From IMG/VR virus record IMGVR_UViG_3300036778_000042, positions 1 through 39,767 of that record: 39,767 nucleotides of DNA; one strand, 5' to 3'. The first letter of the stretch is position 1; each line of letters starts with the position of its first letter. Position numbers and translations under genes: made by a program. Shown here in pieces: positions 1 through 9,126 of the stretch. The notes beneath the pieces were generated by a model. It made no database searches. It was not told the origin of the DNA and worked only from the letters and a program-made list of their open reading frames with translations. This DNA comes from a virus. Lineage: Duplodnaviria; Caudoviricetes.

Positions 1-135
1 TTTTGGACCTGCGCGGCCAAGTCCGGCTTGGTCATCGTGGTCCACAACCGATCAAGGCTCGGGATCGTCCCGACGTGGCCGACCAGCGGCAAATCGAGTT
101 GCGTGTCCGCGTAGGACGGCCCGGTCGGGGTGCTA
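1..135 (+). repeat. Terminal direct repeat, left copy (circular overlap)
   Basis: Identical to 39633-39767 except G127 vs T39759. Confidence 0.97.
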
Positions 136-404
136 CCCTGCGCCTTCATGAACTGCTGCGCCCGCGAGGACATCAACTGTTGCTGGCCGACCATCGCGGC
201 CAGCTTTTTCAGGGCGTCGGTGTCCTCAGGCGCGATCTTCGACGCCGGGTTGCCGGTGGCGCCTGACGCCAGCTGCTGCGGCGTCAGCGCAGTGACCCCG
301 TAGACCGATTTCGCCTGCGCCGCCGGGATCGCCGCGCCTGCGGCGTCCACCCAAACGACCGGTGTTCCGTCCTTGGCGATACCCGATTGTCCATTTACCG
401 GCAT
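1..404 (-). CDS. 5' part of a 261-aa putative DNA ejection/internal virion protein spanning the circular junction (continues 39632-39251)
   Basis: ATG at 404 (MPVNGQSGIAKDGTPVVW...) reads without a stop into ...DLPLVGHVGTIPSLDRLW, the ORF listed at 39251-39724. It lies between other ejection-type genes. Confidence 0.75.
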   Translation of the reverse strand, partial: MPVNGQSGIAKDGTPVVWVDAAGAAIPAAQAKSVYGVTALTPQQLASGATGNPASKIAPEDTDALKKLAAMVGQQQLMSSRAQQFMKAQGSTPTGPSYADTQLDLPLVGHVGTIPSLDRLWTTMTKPDLAAQVQ

Positions 405-414
405 GGCCCGATCC

Positions 415-1257
415 TCACCACGTCACATCGCCAGCGCCATAAGACTTCGGCCCCTTGCCTGCGCCAGCGCGCGGGGGCGCCCGGTGCGCCGCCGTCGCCG
501 CCGCCTGCGCGTCCCTCAGCTGGCCAGCAGCGGAAATGTAAGCCGGGTTTGGAACCCAACTTCCGTCTGGAGCCTGCATCAGCATGCCGGGCTTTTGCGG
601 GACGGGCGCCTGATCTTCCTGATAGGCCCCGGTGTGTTCCTCCATCGCACCGACCCCGCCTTGGCGGGTGATCACCGGCGTGTACTTCGGCGTGTACATG
701 CCCATCAGCTTCAGCAGCTGGTCAGGGTCGGCGCCCGCGCCCGCCGTGTCCGCGTAGGCTTGCGGATCGATGCCGCCGCCAGCGTGCGCCTTGGCGATGG
801 CCGCCGTCTGCATCTGCGCGATGATCCGCGCCAGCTGGAGTTGGTTCTGTTTCTGGACAAGCTCCTGGCGCTTGAACAGGTAGTCTTGCGCCCCGTTCGT
901 GTCGCCCTTCAGCATCGCGCCGAGCGCCATTAACCGGTCTTGGAACGTGTTGCCCTGCGGATCGACGCTCATCAGCTTTTGCAGGAACCCTTGCGGCGCC
1001 GCATTTCCGCCCGGCGAGGGTCCACCGGCCGCGCCAGCATCCGGCGCAGGGTTCGCGCCGAGCAGCCCGGCGGGGGGCGCCTGCGGTCCTTGCGCGGCGT
1101 CTTCGGCCATCGGGCTCGGCAGTTGGGGCGGCCCACCTGGCGGGAGTTGGACGGGCGCGGGCGCGGGCGCAGCCCCGGCGCCGTCGTAATATTGCGCGGG
1201 CGTGTAGCCTGCGGGCGCGATCAGCTTGGACAGGTCAAGGTCGTCAAGAAAGGCCAT
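415..1257 (-). CDS. Putative DNA ejection/internal virion protein
   Basis: 280 aa, A/G/P/Q-rich, tightly packed after the tail genes where podovirus ejection proteins sit. Confidence 0.6.
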   Translation of the reverse strand: MAFLDDLDLSKLIAPAGYTPAQYYDGAGAAPAPAPVQLPPGGPPQLPSPMAEDAAQGPQAPPAGLLGANPAPDAGAAGGPSPGGNAAPQGFLQKLMSVDPQGNTFQDRLMALGAMLKGDTNGAQDYLFKRQELVQKQNQLQLARIIAQMQTAAIAKAHAGGGIDPQAYADTAGAGADPDQLLKLMGMYTPKYTPVITRQGGVGAMEEHTGAYQEDQAPVPQKPGMLMQAPDGSWVPNPAYISAAGQLRDAQAAATAAHRAPPRAGAGKGPKSYGAGDVTW

Positions 1258-1258
1258 A

Positions 1259-2398
1259 TCATCCGCCTCCTAGCGGGCCGCCGGACCCGCCGAAGCTGTT
1301 GCCGGTGATCATGTTCTGCATGAACGAACTGATCGGGTTCGCGATAGTCGCGCCGAGCGATAAGCCGCCAGTCATCGGCGCGGCGGCGAGCGCGGCGATC
1401 TGCGCGGCGGTCCCGAGCGCGCCGAGGACGCCCGGACTGCTGGTTTCCGTCGTTTGGGATTTCGACGCGGACGTTCCGGTCCCCGATGACGTAGAGCCGA
1501 CGTACATGCTCGGGTTCAGTCCGGAGAGCAGGCTTTCCAGCTGCGCTTGATAGGCGAGCGGATACTGCTTGATGACGTTCTGCATGTTCGTCATCTGCGA
1601 GCCGACTTCATCCTGCAAGCTGATGTTCGCCCGGTTGCTTGTGTCCTGCGCGGTTCCCAAGCCGGTCAGCAGCCCCGCCTTCTGGAGCGCCGCCGTGAGG
1701 TTGTCCTGCTGCGCCTGCAAAGCCGCCTGTTGGTTCGACTGCTGCGCCGTCAGGCTCCGGCCCGCCGTGTTCTCCTGCGCCTGCTGGTTGGCCAGCAGGG
1801 CGGCTTGGCGGCGGTTCGCGTCGTCCGCCGACTGCGACGCGGCGGTCGTGTACATCGTGTTGAGCAGGCCGCTCTCAGTCGTCGCCCGGCCCCGCGCGAG
1901 GTCGGAAGTCGTCTGCGCTTCCTGAATGCCGTAGCGCGATCCGCCGAACGCCTGACCCGCGGCCGCCTTCGCCGCCTGCGCCGCCTGCGTCACCCCGGAC
2001 TGATAGTCGTAATCGTTCAGGACCGGGTTCAGCACCTGACTTTCAAAAGGATTGTAGTAGTCGCTCAGGTTGGTCAGCAGGCTTTGACCGGTGACCGGAT
2101 CAATGGCGCCGCCGTTGTTGATCGTGCTCGAACTGACGTTGGGCAGGCTGTTCAGCGTGTCGCCTGCCTGCCCGAAATAGCTGGACGTTCCGAGGTTGCC
2201 AGCGGCCAGGGCGGCTTGTGACTGGAGGTCGGAAATCCCCGGAAGGTAGGACGCCGGACCGCCCGCCTGAAGCGAACTGATCTGGCTGGCGAGCGCCTGC
2301 GTCGGGTTGCTGATCCACGTCGGGACCTGCGGCGTTTGGGTCGCCGTGTTGGTGGTGTTCTGCGTGCTGTTGGTGTTGGTGGTTTTCTTGCTGGACAT
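1259..2398 (-). CDS. Putative DNA ejection (pilot) protein
   Basis: 379 aa, Q/A/S/T-rich, with YYNPFESQV and AFGGSRYG motifs and a hydrophobic Gly/Ala C-terminus typical of podovirus ejection proteins; synteny agrees. Confidence 0.65.
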   Translation of the reverse strand: MSSKKTTNTNSTQNTTNTATQTPQVPTWISNPTQALASQISSLQAGGPASYLPGISDLQSQAALAAGNLGTSSYFGQAGDTLNSLPNVSSSTINNGGAIDPVTGQSLLTNLSDYYNPFESQVLNPVLNDYDYQSGVTQAAQAAKAAAGQAFGGSRYGIQEAQTTSDLARGRATTESGLLNTMYTTAASQSADDANRRQAALLANQQAQENTAGRSLTAQQSNQQAALQAQQDNLTAALQKAGLLTGLGTAQDTSNRANISLQDEVGSQMTNMQNVIKQYPLAYQAQLESLLSGLNPSMYVGSTSSGTGTSASKSQTTETSSPGVLGALGTAAQIAALAAAPMTGGLSLGATIANPISSFMQNMITGNSFGGSGGPLGGG

Positions 2399-2826
2399 CA
2401 GAGCGTCTTGCGCAAGGTGACGCTGAACAGGGTCCAGCCTTCAGGCGCGAGCAGCCGCTTCCACGCCTCGCGCCCCTCGATCAGGGCTTCGGTGCAGCCC
2501 ATCATCCGGGCGATGCTCTCGATACCCGGCGCCATGCGCAAAAGCTCGTTCACGTCGCCGGTCGCCCACAGCACCTGAAACACCTTGGCGCCGCCGGGAT
2601 AGACCTCGATCTGGCCGACCATGGCAGCGCTGGCGCCAGGGAAGAAAAACGCCCGGCGGCTCGCGACCCGGCTTTCAAGCTCCTCAATCGTCCAGAACTC
2701 GTTATCGGTCATCGCTTCGGCGAAGCCGTCGCGGAACCGCGCCCACTGCGAGAGCAGCGGATCGACCGTCGTGCTCAGGTCGATCAGGTCATTGTCGGGC
2801 GCTTCAAAGGTCTGATCACCGTCCAT
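2398..2826 (-). CDS. Conserved virion-module protein (possible GNAT-like fold)
   Basis: ATG at 2826 is preferred over TTG 2865 because the TTG is part of the promoter motif. C-terminal ARMMGCTEALIEGREAWKRLL pattern; lies between the stabilisation and ejection genes. Confidence 0.55.
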   Translation of the reverse strand: MDGDQTFEAPDNDLIDLSTTVDPLLSQWARFRDGFAEAMTDNEFWTIEELESRVASRRAFFFPGASAAMVGQIEVYPGGAKVFQVLWATGDVNELLRMAPGIESIARMMGCTEALIEGREAWKRLLAPEGWTLFSVTLRKTL

Positions 2827-2842
2827 GTCTACAGCGCCGGTG

Positions 2843-2865
2843 AACGCGTTCGTTTCAGGTTTCAA
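2843..2865 (-). promoter_or_regulatory. Putative late promoter, copy 1 (TTGAA-ACCTG-AAACGAACGCGTT)
   Basis: Same 13-mer and spacing to a TTGA box as at 8971, 16487 and 21058; just upstream of ATG 2826. Confidence 0.7.
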
Positions 2866-4373
2866 CGGCCCCCGATAGGCGACACGTCGAACTCAGGCTT
2901 GCCGCCCCGCGCGAAGGCCGGCGAGGACGAAAAGTCGAACCGGACCCGCGCGATACGTCCAGACGCCCGGAACGACCGCTTTTCCAAACCAGGCGCCAAG
3001 GTCCACGGCCCGTGGGTCCGGATCGTCACTGCCTGCGGGTGCTCGCGCAGATACAGGGTCATCGTCAGGGCGCCTTGCTGGTTTTTGAAGTCCGGCCAAA
3101 GCCCGTTGATCATCACCCCGCCTTCAGCCTCTTGCAGATAGAAATCGGTGCTTTCGATGAACCCGGTGATTGGGGCGCCGTCAGCCGAATTGCCCTTTTC
3201 GTGCAGATAGACATCGCCCTGCGGATCAATCCCGATGGGGTTCGACTGCGGCCCGGCGTCGATCCAGGCGGTGCGGCTGAGCAGGTCGCGGTTCCACCCA
3301 TCCGGCCCGATGCACAGCTGACGCGAGCACTCGAACCCGTCGCGGCTGTCCGGATAGAACCACCCGAGTTCCTGAAAGGTCGAAACCGCGCTGGCGATGA
3401 TCTTGTCCGATTGGCCCGGCGTGACGCTGTTCACCATCATCGACCGGATCGGGCAAACCACCTGCGACGGGACGCCGCCGAGGCTGTACGTCCAGAAGGT
3501 CAGGTCTTCGGCGATCCACATCGCGTTGAGGTTCTTCACCAGGGGCGAGCCCGGTGAAATCGACCCGCAATTGCTCCCGATGTGGTCGAACTTCCACGTC
3601 TGGCCAGGATCGCCGACGAAGGTCCCGAGATAGAGGCCGACCGAAGTCCAAACCAGCAGGTAGTCGCCCATCACGCGCGCGGTGACGATCCGCCCGAAGC
3701 TTTCGAGGATGTATTCCCCGGCGTTGTTCGACGGCAGGGTGCTCCAGTCGGTGTTGTCCTCGATGTCGGACCAGCGGATGCACAGCGGGTTGAACGTCCC
3801 GCTGACTTCCTCATTGCAGCCGAAGGCGATGCACTGACGCTGCGGCGCGACCAGCATATACGTGACCTGCGTCGGGGCGTTCGGGACCAGGGCCGCCACG
3901 TCGCTGCTCACGCCGTCCCATTGGTAAATCCCGCGCCCGCGCGGGTTGGCCATCAGCTGGTCGCCCCAGGTCGCGAGGCTCCACGTCAGCGGATAGTATT
4001 CGGTCGCGCTTTCGGTCCCATAGGTCCCGACCCCGTATTCCCCGGTCCCGTAGCCGCGTCCGCCGGTCCCGTCGATCTGGCCATCGGTCCAGGGGGTCGG
4101 GGTGATGTCGTACAGCAGGTTGTCGCGCCAGACCTGAAGCCCGTTGTGCAGCCCGAAGGCGACAGCCAGGATGTCGCTGAAGTCCGTCCAGGCGAGCGTC
4201 GAACGACAGACGCCCTTCAGGGCTTGCAGGGTCAGGCGCTCCCATCCGCCCTTCGTCTGCCAGGACCCGTTGTAGAACCGGATCAGCGACCCGTTCAGCC
4301 AGCGGCCCGGCGCCGCGAACACCGTGTCGTCGCTGGTCAAGCCGCCAGGCGGGGTGAAAGGCGTGTTGGTCAC
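2862..4373 (-). CDS. Tail/DNA stabilisation (nozzle) protein
   Basis: 503 aa, Trp/beta-rich propeller-like sequence with an IRWSDIED motif; position in the podovirus tail module. Confidence 0.7.
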   Translation of the reverse strand: MTNTPFTPPGGLTSDDTVFAAPGRWLNGSLIRFYNGSWQTKGGWERLTLQALKGVCRSTLAWTDFSDILAVAFGLHNGLQVWRDNLLYDITPTPWTDGQIDGTGGRGYGTGEYGVGTYGTESATEYYPLTWSLATWGDQLMANPRGRGIYQWDGVSSDVAALVPNAPTQVTYMLVAPQRQCIAFGCNEEVSGTFNPLCIRWSDIEDNTDWSTLPSNNAGEYILESFGRIVTARVMGDYLLVWTSVGLYLGTFVGDPGQTWKFDHIGSNCGSISPGSPLVKNLNAMWIAEDLTFWTYSLGGVPSQVVCPIRSMMVNSVTPGQSDKIIASAVSTFQELGWFYPDSRDGFECSRQLCIGPDGWNRDLLSRTAWIDAGPQSNPIGIDPQGDVYLHEKGNSADGAPITGFIESTDFYLQEAEGGVMINGLWPDFKNQQGALTMTLYLREHPQAVTIRTHGPWTLAPGLEKRSFRASGRIARVRFDFSSSPAFARGGKPEFDVSPIGGR

Positions 4374-6106
4374 ACGTACTGCGCCCCCGTCGCCACCGTG
4401 CCAGCCACCGAACCAGGGAAGAAATTCGCGCCGCCTACGTTCGTCATAATCACCGAGTTGGCGCTAGCAGCGTAGCGCGTGCCCGTCGCGGCCCCGGTAA
4501 ACGTAGACGCCGAGCAGATCAAATTAGCCAGCCAGTCGATCAGAGCAAACGTGCTGAATGTCGGATTTCCCGTAACGGTTATTGTCCGACTTGTGCAGGT
4601 CACCAACGAACTGCCAGAATTGACTTGGAAATGGTACGCAGCGTTTCCGTTGATCGTATAATTGCCGGTACATTGAGCCACGCCACCCGATGTAACAGCA
4701 ATGTGCGAGAGCCCAGGCCCAAAAATGCAGGTCCCGTAATTAACAATGGCCCTTGTGGTTATGTAGATCAGGAAATTGCTGTTGTACGTTCCTTGGAACG
4801 AAACGCCCTGTATAGCGACCATCGCACAATTCAGGGCAGTCATCGTCGCGGCTGACGTTGTGTTATTGAGCACAACGTTAGCTGGCGTCGTCATATTGCC
4901 TTGAATAGTAAGCTGCCCAGGCCCGGCCAGTCCCGTTACCGGCCCATTTAATGTAAACGTCCCCGGATAGCTCCCGTCAGCAAGTTGAATAAGCACCCCG
5001 AAATAATTGAGGTTCTTTTTGTAAACCCAGCTAAGCGCCTGCTGAATAGTTTTGAGCGGAGAAGCCGCCGTCAGACCGCTATTGTTGACATCATCTCCAG
5101 TCGCCGCATTGACGTAGTACGTCCGGGCAGTTTGCAGCGTCTCCATGCCGTTGACTTCAGCACGCCAAACCTGCGCCGCGCCGTCGTACTGAACCCAAAT
5201 GCCTTGGCCAATACCCAGCGTCCAAGACCAGCCATTGAACGAGAAGAACCGATTAGCGACCGCCGAGCCCTGCGCCCCGGCGTAAAGCTGCACTGGATAA
5301 GCCGAGACGTTGAGCAGGAACAGCCGCCGCCCGTCGAACCCGCCCGCTATGCCGGTGATCACGTAGCCGCCAACAGGCGGGTTGAACCGGACAATCGTCG
5401 TCCCCGCGCCGGGATCGAAATCGTTGTACGAACCCGTCGCCATGGCGGGCGAATAAACGCCGGTCAGCGCCCACGTCTGGCTTGCCGTGAGGCCGCCCGC
5501 GACGCTCGCGCCGCCCTTCAGCGTCGCCGCGCCGTCAATGGTCAGCGGCCCGTTGATTTCAGGGGTCCACAACGCGACCGCGCCGTCCGTGCTCAGCACC
5601 TGTCCGGCATGGCCGACGACCGAAGGCATATTGATCACGGCGCCCGCGATCTGCGCGTCCGTGTAAGCCTTCTGCGCCGCGTCGCCGGTGTTCACGTAGG
5701 CGCGGATCGTCTGGCCGCCGATCAGCACCGGATAGATTGTCGTTCCGTCCGTGAAGATCGGCCCGGCGTCGCCCATGTTCATGCTGAAGTTCACGCCGCC
5801 GCCCGCCTGTAGCGAGAGGCCGGACGCCGAAGCGTTGCGCACGAAATAGCTTTTCGAGACGCCGGGCAGGACCAGGGAGCCGCCCGATCCGCCGGTGACG
5901 TTCAGGAAGGCCATGCGGGCTTCGTCGGTGGCGCCGTTGTTCACCGACAGCGCGTGCACGCCCGCCGCCGTCCAGCTGAACATCCCGTTGACGCTATCGT
6001 CCACCAGCTGGAAGACGCCCTGATTAAGGATCACGCCCCAGGTGTTGTTGTTTTCCCCGGTCGCCTGAAGGGTGAACCGGGCGGACGCGGTATAGCTGGA
6101 CGGCAT
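4370..6106 (-). CDS. Tail fibre/spike (receptor-binding protein)
   Basis: N-terminal MPSSYT...LQATGENNNTWG anchor; C-terminal YVNAATGDD..SGLTAASPLKTIQQAL followed by beta-helix-like repeats; the 3' half is more AT-rich. Confidence 0.75.
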   Translation of the reverse strand: MPSSYTASARFTLQATGENNNTWGVILNQGVFQLVDDSVNGMFSWTAAGVHALSVNNGATDEARMAFLNVTGGSGGSLVLPGVSKSYFVRNASASGLSLQAGGGVNFSMNMGDAGPIFTDGTTIYPVLIGGQTIRAYVNTGDAAQKAYTDAQIAGAVINMPSVVGHAGQVLSTDGAVALWTPEINGPLTIDGAATLKGGASVAGGLTASQTWALTGVYSPAMATGSYNDFDPGAGTTIVRFNPPVGGYVITGIAGGFDGRRLFLLNVSAYPVQLYAGAQGSAVANRFFSFNGWSWTLGIGQGIWVQYDGAAQVWRAEVNGMETLQTARTYYVNAATGDDVNNSGLTAASPLKTIQQALSWVYKKNLNYFGVLIQLADGSYPGTFTLNGPVTGLAGPGQLTIQGNMTTPANVVLNNTTSAATMTALNCAMVAIQGVSFQGTYNSNFLIYITTRAIVNYGTCIFGPGLSHIAVTSGGVAQCTGNYTINGNAAYHFQVNSGSSLVTCTSRTITVTGNPTFSTFALIDWLANLICSASTFTGAATGTRYAASANSVIMTNVGGANFFPGSVAGTVATGAQYV

Positions 6107-6321
6107 TATTGCTTACGCTTGTTTCCTAGAACCCGGTCGGCTTTGGCGTTGATCTTGGCCGCCGAGGACGGCGACAGGTTCCCGGCTTTGACCTGCTGCG
6201 TCGCCCGCGCCTTCGCATTGGCGGCGTGCGCCTTGTCGGGCATCGGATACTTGCGCGAGCCCGGAAGCCCGAAGCTGGATTTCGCCAGTTTGTTGCGGCT
6301 GCTCGCCTTCAGCTTTGCCAT
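6106..6321 (-). CDS. Small basic protein (DUF6582-like)
   Basis: 71 aa, K/A-rich, FGLPGSRKYPMPDKAHAANAKAR pattern; stop overlaps the next start. Confidence 0.6.
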   Translation of the reverse strand: MAKLKASSRNKLAKSSFGLPGSRKYPMPDKAHAANAKARATQQVKAGNLSPSSAAKINAKADRVLGNKRKQ

Positions 6322-6325
6322 GATG

Positions 6326-6475
6326 TCATTTCTTCCCGGTCGGGCGCTTCAGGTTGGCCAGGAAGCCGGGCATTTGCGGCATGCCGGGCAGGCTCGCGCC
6401 GGGTATCCGGCCCTTTGTGGCCGGCGACCTGGCGGACTTCGGTTTTGGCGGTTTCGGCAGTTTTGGCTTGGCCAT
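6326..6475 (-). CDS. Small basic K/P-rich protein
   Basis: MAKPKLPKPPKPK..., 49 aa, TGATG coupling with the upstream gene. Confidence 0.5.
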   Translation of the reverse strand: MAKPKLPKPPKPKSARSPATKGRIPGASLPGMPQMPGFLANLKRPTGKK

Positions 6476-6735
6476 CAGACGGGTCCTCCTGGCGTGATCT
6501 TCACCCACGCGCCGTTGACTGAGAGCCCGAGCCCGCCCTGATCGCTGACGTAGACAAGGCAGTTCGGGTAATCGCTCGCGGGCGGGAGGTTGGCCTTCGT
6601 GCTCGCCCAAACCGGCATCGGCTGGCGCAGCGCCATCGGCGCGAAATATTCGAGCATCTTCAGGACCATCCGCTGCGCCCACATCGGGGCGCCGGGTTCG
6701 ACCAGGGCGGTTGTGGCGGACGGGCGGATCACCAT
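6475..6735 (-). CDS. Small virion-associated protein
   Basis: 86 aa from ATG 6735 (MVIRPSATT...LPPASDYPNCLVYVSD...W); overlaps the stop of the adaptor gene. Confidence 0.6.
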   Translation of the reverse strand: MVIRPSATTALVEPGAPMWAQRMVLKMLEYFAPMALRQPMPVWASTKANLPPASDYPNCLVYVSDQGGLGLSVNGAWVKITPGGPV

Positions 6736-7367
6736 GCCGGGGTCATCCTGTCCGTGGACATCCGCCGGTTCGACTGACTGCGCAGGGTCGAATACGCCTC
6801 GTCTTCCTGATTGGTGGCGTTGACGATCCGCGCGTCCTGCGACGTGGCCGACAGGTAGTCGCGATAAAGCCGCAGCTTGACCCGCGCCACGATCAGATCG
6901 GCGCCTTCGTTGGTCCAGCGGTTGAACGTCGTGTCGTCGGTGAAATCGAGCGGCGGCTGAACTTGGATCACCTGTTCCATCAGGAGCGGGTAAGCCTGAT
7001 TGGGGGTCGGGTAGAGGATCAGCTGATCGTTGTACGCCGCCCAATCGGTCGGCTGGCCGATCTGCGGCGTGGAGTACGCCGCCATGATCCAATCCAGCTG
7101 GCGTTCGGTCATCTTGTAGCGGACGCCGCCGATCACCGCCCGGATCACGTCGATGCGCAGCACGGTTGGGTCAACGGCCACGTACTGCGAGCCCGGAACG
7201 CACGGGGTCGTGCTCAGGCTCTCATTGAACCACCAGCGTTCCCACTCGTAATGATTGATGGCCTTCTGGATCGCCGTCGTCAGCGCGTTCGACAGGTCGT
7301 CCGCGAGGTCGTCGCGGATCGTTTCGTCGATCACCCGTTGCTTCAGGTCCCCAAGGGTGTCCGGCAT
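6729..7367 (-). CDS. Head-tail adaptor protein
   Basis: 212 aa, TLGDLKQRV...RWWFNE...GQP...LILYPTP pattern of podovirus adaptors; downstream of the capsid genes. Confidence 0.7.
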   Translation of the reverse strand: MPDTLGDLKQRVIDETIRDDLADDLSNALTTAIQKAINHYEWERWWFNESLSTTPCVPGSQYVAVDPTVLRIDVIRAVIGGVRYKMTERQLDWIMAAYSTPQIGQPTDWAAYNDQLILYPTPNQAYPLLMEQVIQVQPPLDFTDDTTFNRWTNEGADLIVARVKLRLYRDYLSATSQDARIVNATNQEDEAYSTLRSQSNRRMSTDRMTPAW

Positions 7368-7385
7368 GCCTGCACGCGCCGCCCC

Positions 7386-7763
7386 CTAGCCAGGACCGGG
7401 CAGGTAATCCAGCCAGACGGTGGCGACGCCCTGCGTGGGCGCCGCGCCGGTGCTGGCCAGGGTCGCGTAAATCGGCGTATCGACGCCGAGCGGCCCCATG
7501 ACGGCGGCGGGAACCGCCGTGTCGGTTCGAGCAACCGCCGTCTTCACGTCGATAGCGTTCAGCAGCTGCGTTCCGCCAGGGGTCGTGCCGACGCTAAGGG
7601 TGTTGGTGGTGCTGTTGAACACCTGCGAAACCAGGGCGTGACAGGTCATCATGATCGCGCCCGCCGGGAGCACGCCGATCACGCCCGAAGTCTGGCCGAA
7701 GCCGAACTGTTGGCTGATTTCGTGGATGACCTGAAATTGGGTTTTCCGACCGCCAGTAGGCAT
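7386..7763 (-). CDS. Capsid decoration/cement-like protein
   Basis: 125 aa from ATG 7763 with a GGAGG RBS; beta-rich (LPAGA...VFNS...LSVGT); directly after the major capsid gene. Confidence 0.6.
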   Translation of the reverse strand: MPTGGRKTQFQVIHEISQQFGFGQTSGVIGVLPAGAIMMTCHALVSQVFNSTTNTLSVGTTPGGTQLLNAIDVKTAVARTDTAVPAAVMGPLGVDTPIYATLASTGAAPTQGVATVWLDYLPGPG

Positions 7764-7774
7764 GTCCGGCCCTC

Positions 7775-8845
7775 CTAAGACGTGAAGGTGGACCCGACGA
7801 TCACGCCGAAGTCCGCGCTGTTGAACCGGAGCTTTTTCAGGCCGTGGATAACCCCGGCCTCGACGCCCAGCTGGTTGCCGTAGTCGAACAGTTCTTCGTT
7901 CCAATCGAAGTTCTTGAACGACTGGCCTTCGCCGAAGCCGATAGCGCAGGCTTGCGCGCCCATCAGCACCGCCCGGCGGGCCGTGAGCACCGGCGTCCCG
8001 GCGCCGCTGTCAACGCCGTTGGTGACCCGCGTGCTCTCATGCAGGACGGCGCCGTTATACATTCCCAAGGCGCCGGTCATGATCGGGTTTTTGGCCGATC
8101 CGTCGCCCGTCATGGCCGCCTTCTGGATGTCCAGCCACTGCCCGGCGTTCGTGTTGGTCCGCAGCTGCGTGACCTGCTTTGTGTGCATGACGACGACGTA
8201 GCGGTCTTCCCCGTCGATGCTGACGGGCCGGATCACCGGCCCAACGCCCGTGGTCGAACCGAGCTTGGCCGCCTCAACCAGCTTGTCGATCAGCGCCAGG
8301 GACATTTCATCACCCGCGGCGAGCGCCTGATCCGAGGCTTTCGCGTTCGGGCGGGTGATGTGGTTCGCGTCCGGCCCGTTGATCGCGTTCATGCCCGTGT
8401 AACGGACATCCAGCACCGGCGTGTAACCGCACACTTGATTGAAAAAGGACGTGTCCATGCGACCCGCCCACCAATCCTTGAGGCCAAGCATGGCCTCCTC
8501 GCGGATCGACCAGGGGATACGCTGTTCGGTCATCTTGCCGCCGCTACGGACGCCGTGCCGCAGCTGATCGACCATCAGATTATCCGTGTAGGTCGTTAGG
8601 GGCTCCTCGTTCCCCTCCAGGGTCGCGTCACCGGCGACGCCATCGCCGTTCAGCTGCATGCGCAGGGTGACCGTCACCCGGTCGCCTGCTGATTTCGAGG
8701 TCTCGCCGAACACCTGAACGATGTCGTCGGAGCTATCGCCGATGAACTTCTGTATCCAAGTCGCCTTCAGAGCTTCACGGGCGAGTTGGGACCGCCAAAG
8801 TTTGACGGCTTCGGGCGCGTTCACGCCATAATTGGTTGTGGCCAT
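7775..8845 (-). CDS. Major capsid protein (N4-gp56/DUF4043-like)
   Basis: 356 aa with AGDRVTVTL, LEGNEE, DQLRHGV, GALGMYNGAVLHE and EELFDYGN motifs. Confidence 0.9.
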   Translation of the reverse strand: MATTNYGVNAPEAVKLWRSQLAREALKATWIQKFIGDSSDDIVQVFGETSKSAGDRVTVTLRMQLNGDGVAGDATLEGNEEPLTTYTDNLMVDQLRHGVRSGGKMTEQRIPWSIREEAMLGLKDWWAGRMDTSFFNQVCGYTPVLDVRYTGMNAINGPDANHITRPNAKASDQALAAGDEMSLALIDKLVEAAKLGSTTGVGPVIRPVSIDGEDRYVVVMHTKQVTQLRTNTNAGQWLDIQKAAMTGDGSAKNPIMTGALGMYNGAVLHESTRVTNGVDSGAGTPVLTARRAVLMGAQACAIGFGEGQSFKNFDWNEELFDYGNQLGVEAGVIHGLKKLRFNSADFGVIVGSTFTS

Positions 8846-8970
8846 TGCCGGGGCTCATGTGAAGATTTTCAGCTTCACCGCCCTGACGTGGCGGTCCCCG
8901 AGGCCGGGCTTACAGCCCCCGGCGGCGCATCAGTCATTTGACGCGGACAAGGCGAATTTGACGCGTTCGG

Positions 8971-8993
8971 AACGCGTTCGTTTGGATCGTCAA
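8971..8993 (-). promoter_or_regulatory. Putative late promoter, copy 2 (TTGAC-GATCC-AAACGAACGCGTT), upstream of the major capsid gene
   Basis: Conserved motif, followed by a partial second copy (CGAACGCGT, 8961-8969). Confidence 0.75.
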
Positions 8994-9012
8994 TAGCGGG
9001 GGTGCGGACAAC

Positions 9013-9046
9013 GACCGGCCCGCCGGGTAGGGGCGGCGGGCCGGTC
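9013..9046 (-). terminator. GC-rich hairpin (13-bp perfect stem), probable terminator insulating the capsid promoter
   Basis: GACCGGCCCGCCG / CGGCGGGCCGGTC; only a weak U-tract. Confidence 0.5.
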
Positions 9047-9126
9047 TTAGGTCGTCTTAAGCGTGTTCGCCATGGAGTACGAACTGACGCACGATACGCC
9101 GGTCGCGACCGGGTGCAAGCGGAGCC

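Noticed and set aside
1-135. Terminal repeat as a physical direct terminal repeat of the virion DNA
   Set aside because: It falls in the middle of a coding sequence and is better explained as a circular assembly overlap.
2827-2865. TTG starts at 2865 and 16509 given in the ORF track
   Set aside because: Both TTGs are the -35 box of the repeated motif, which explains the shared ETNAF peptide; the downstream ATGs are more plausible.
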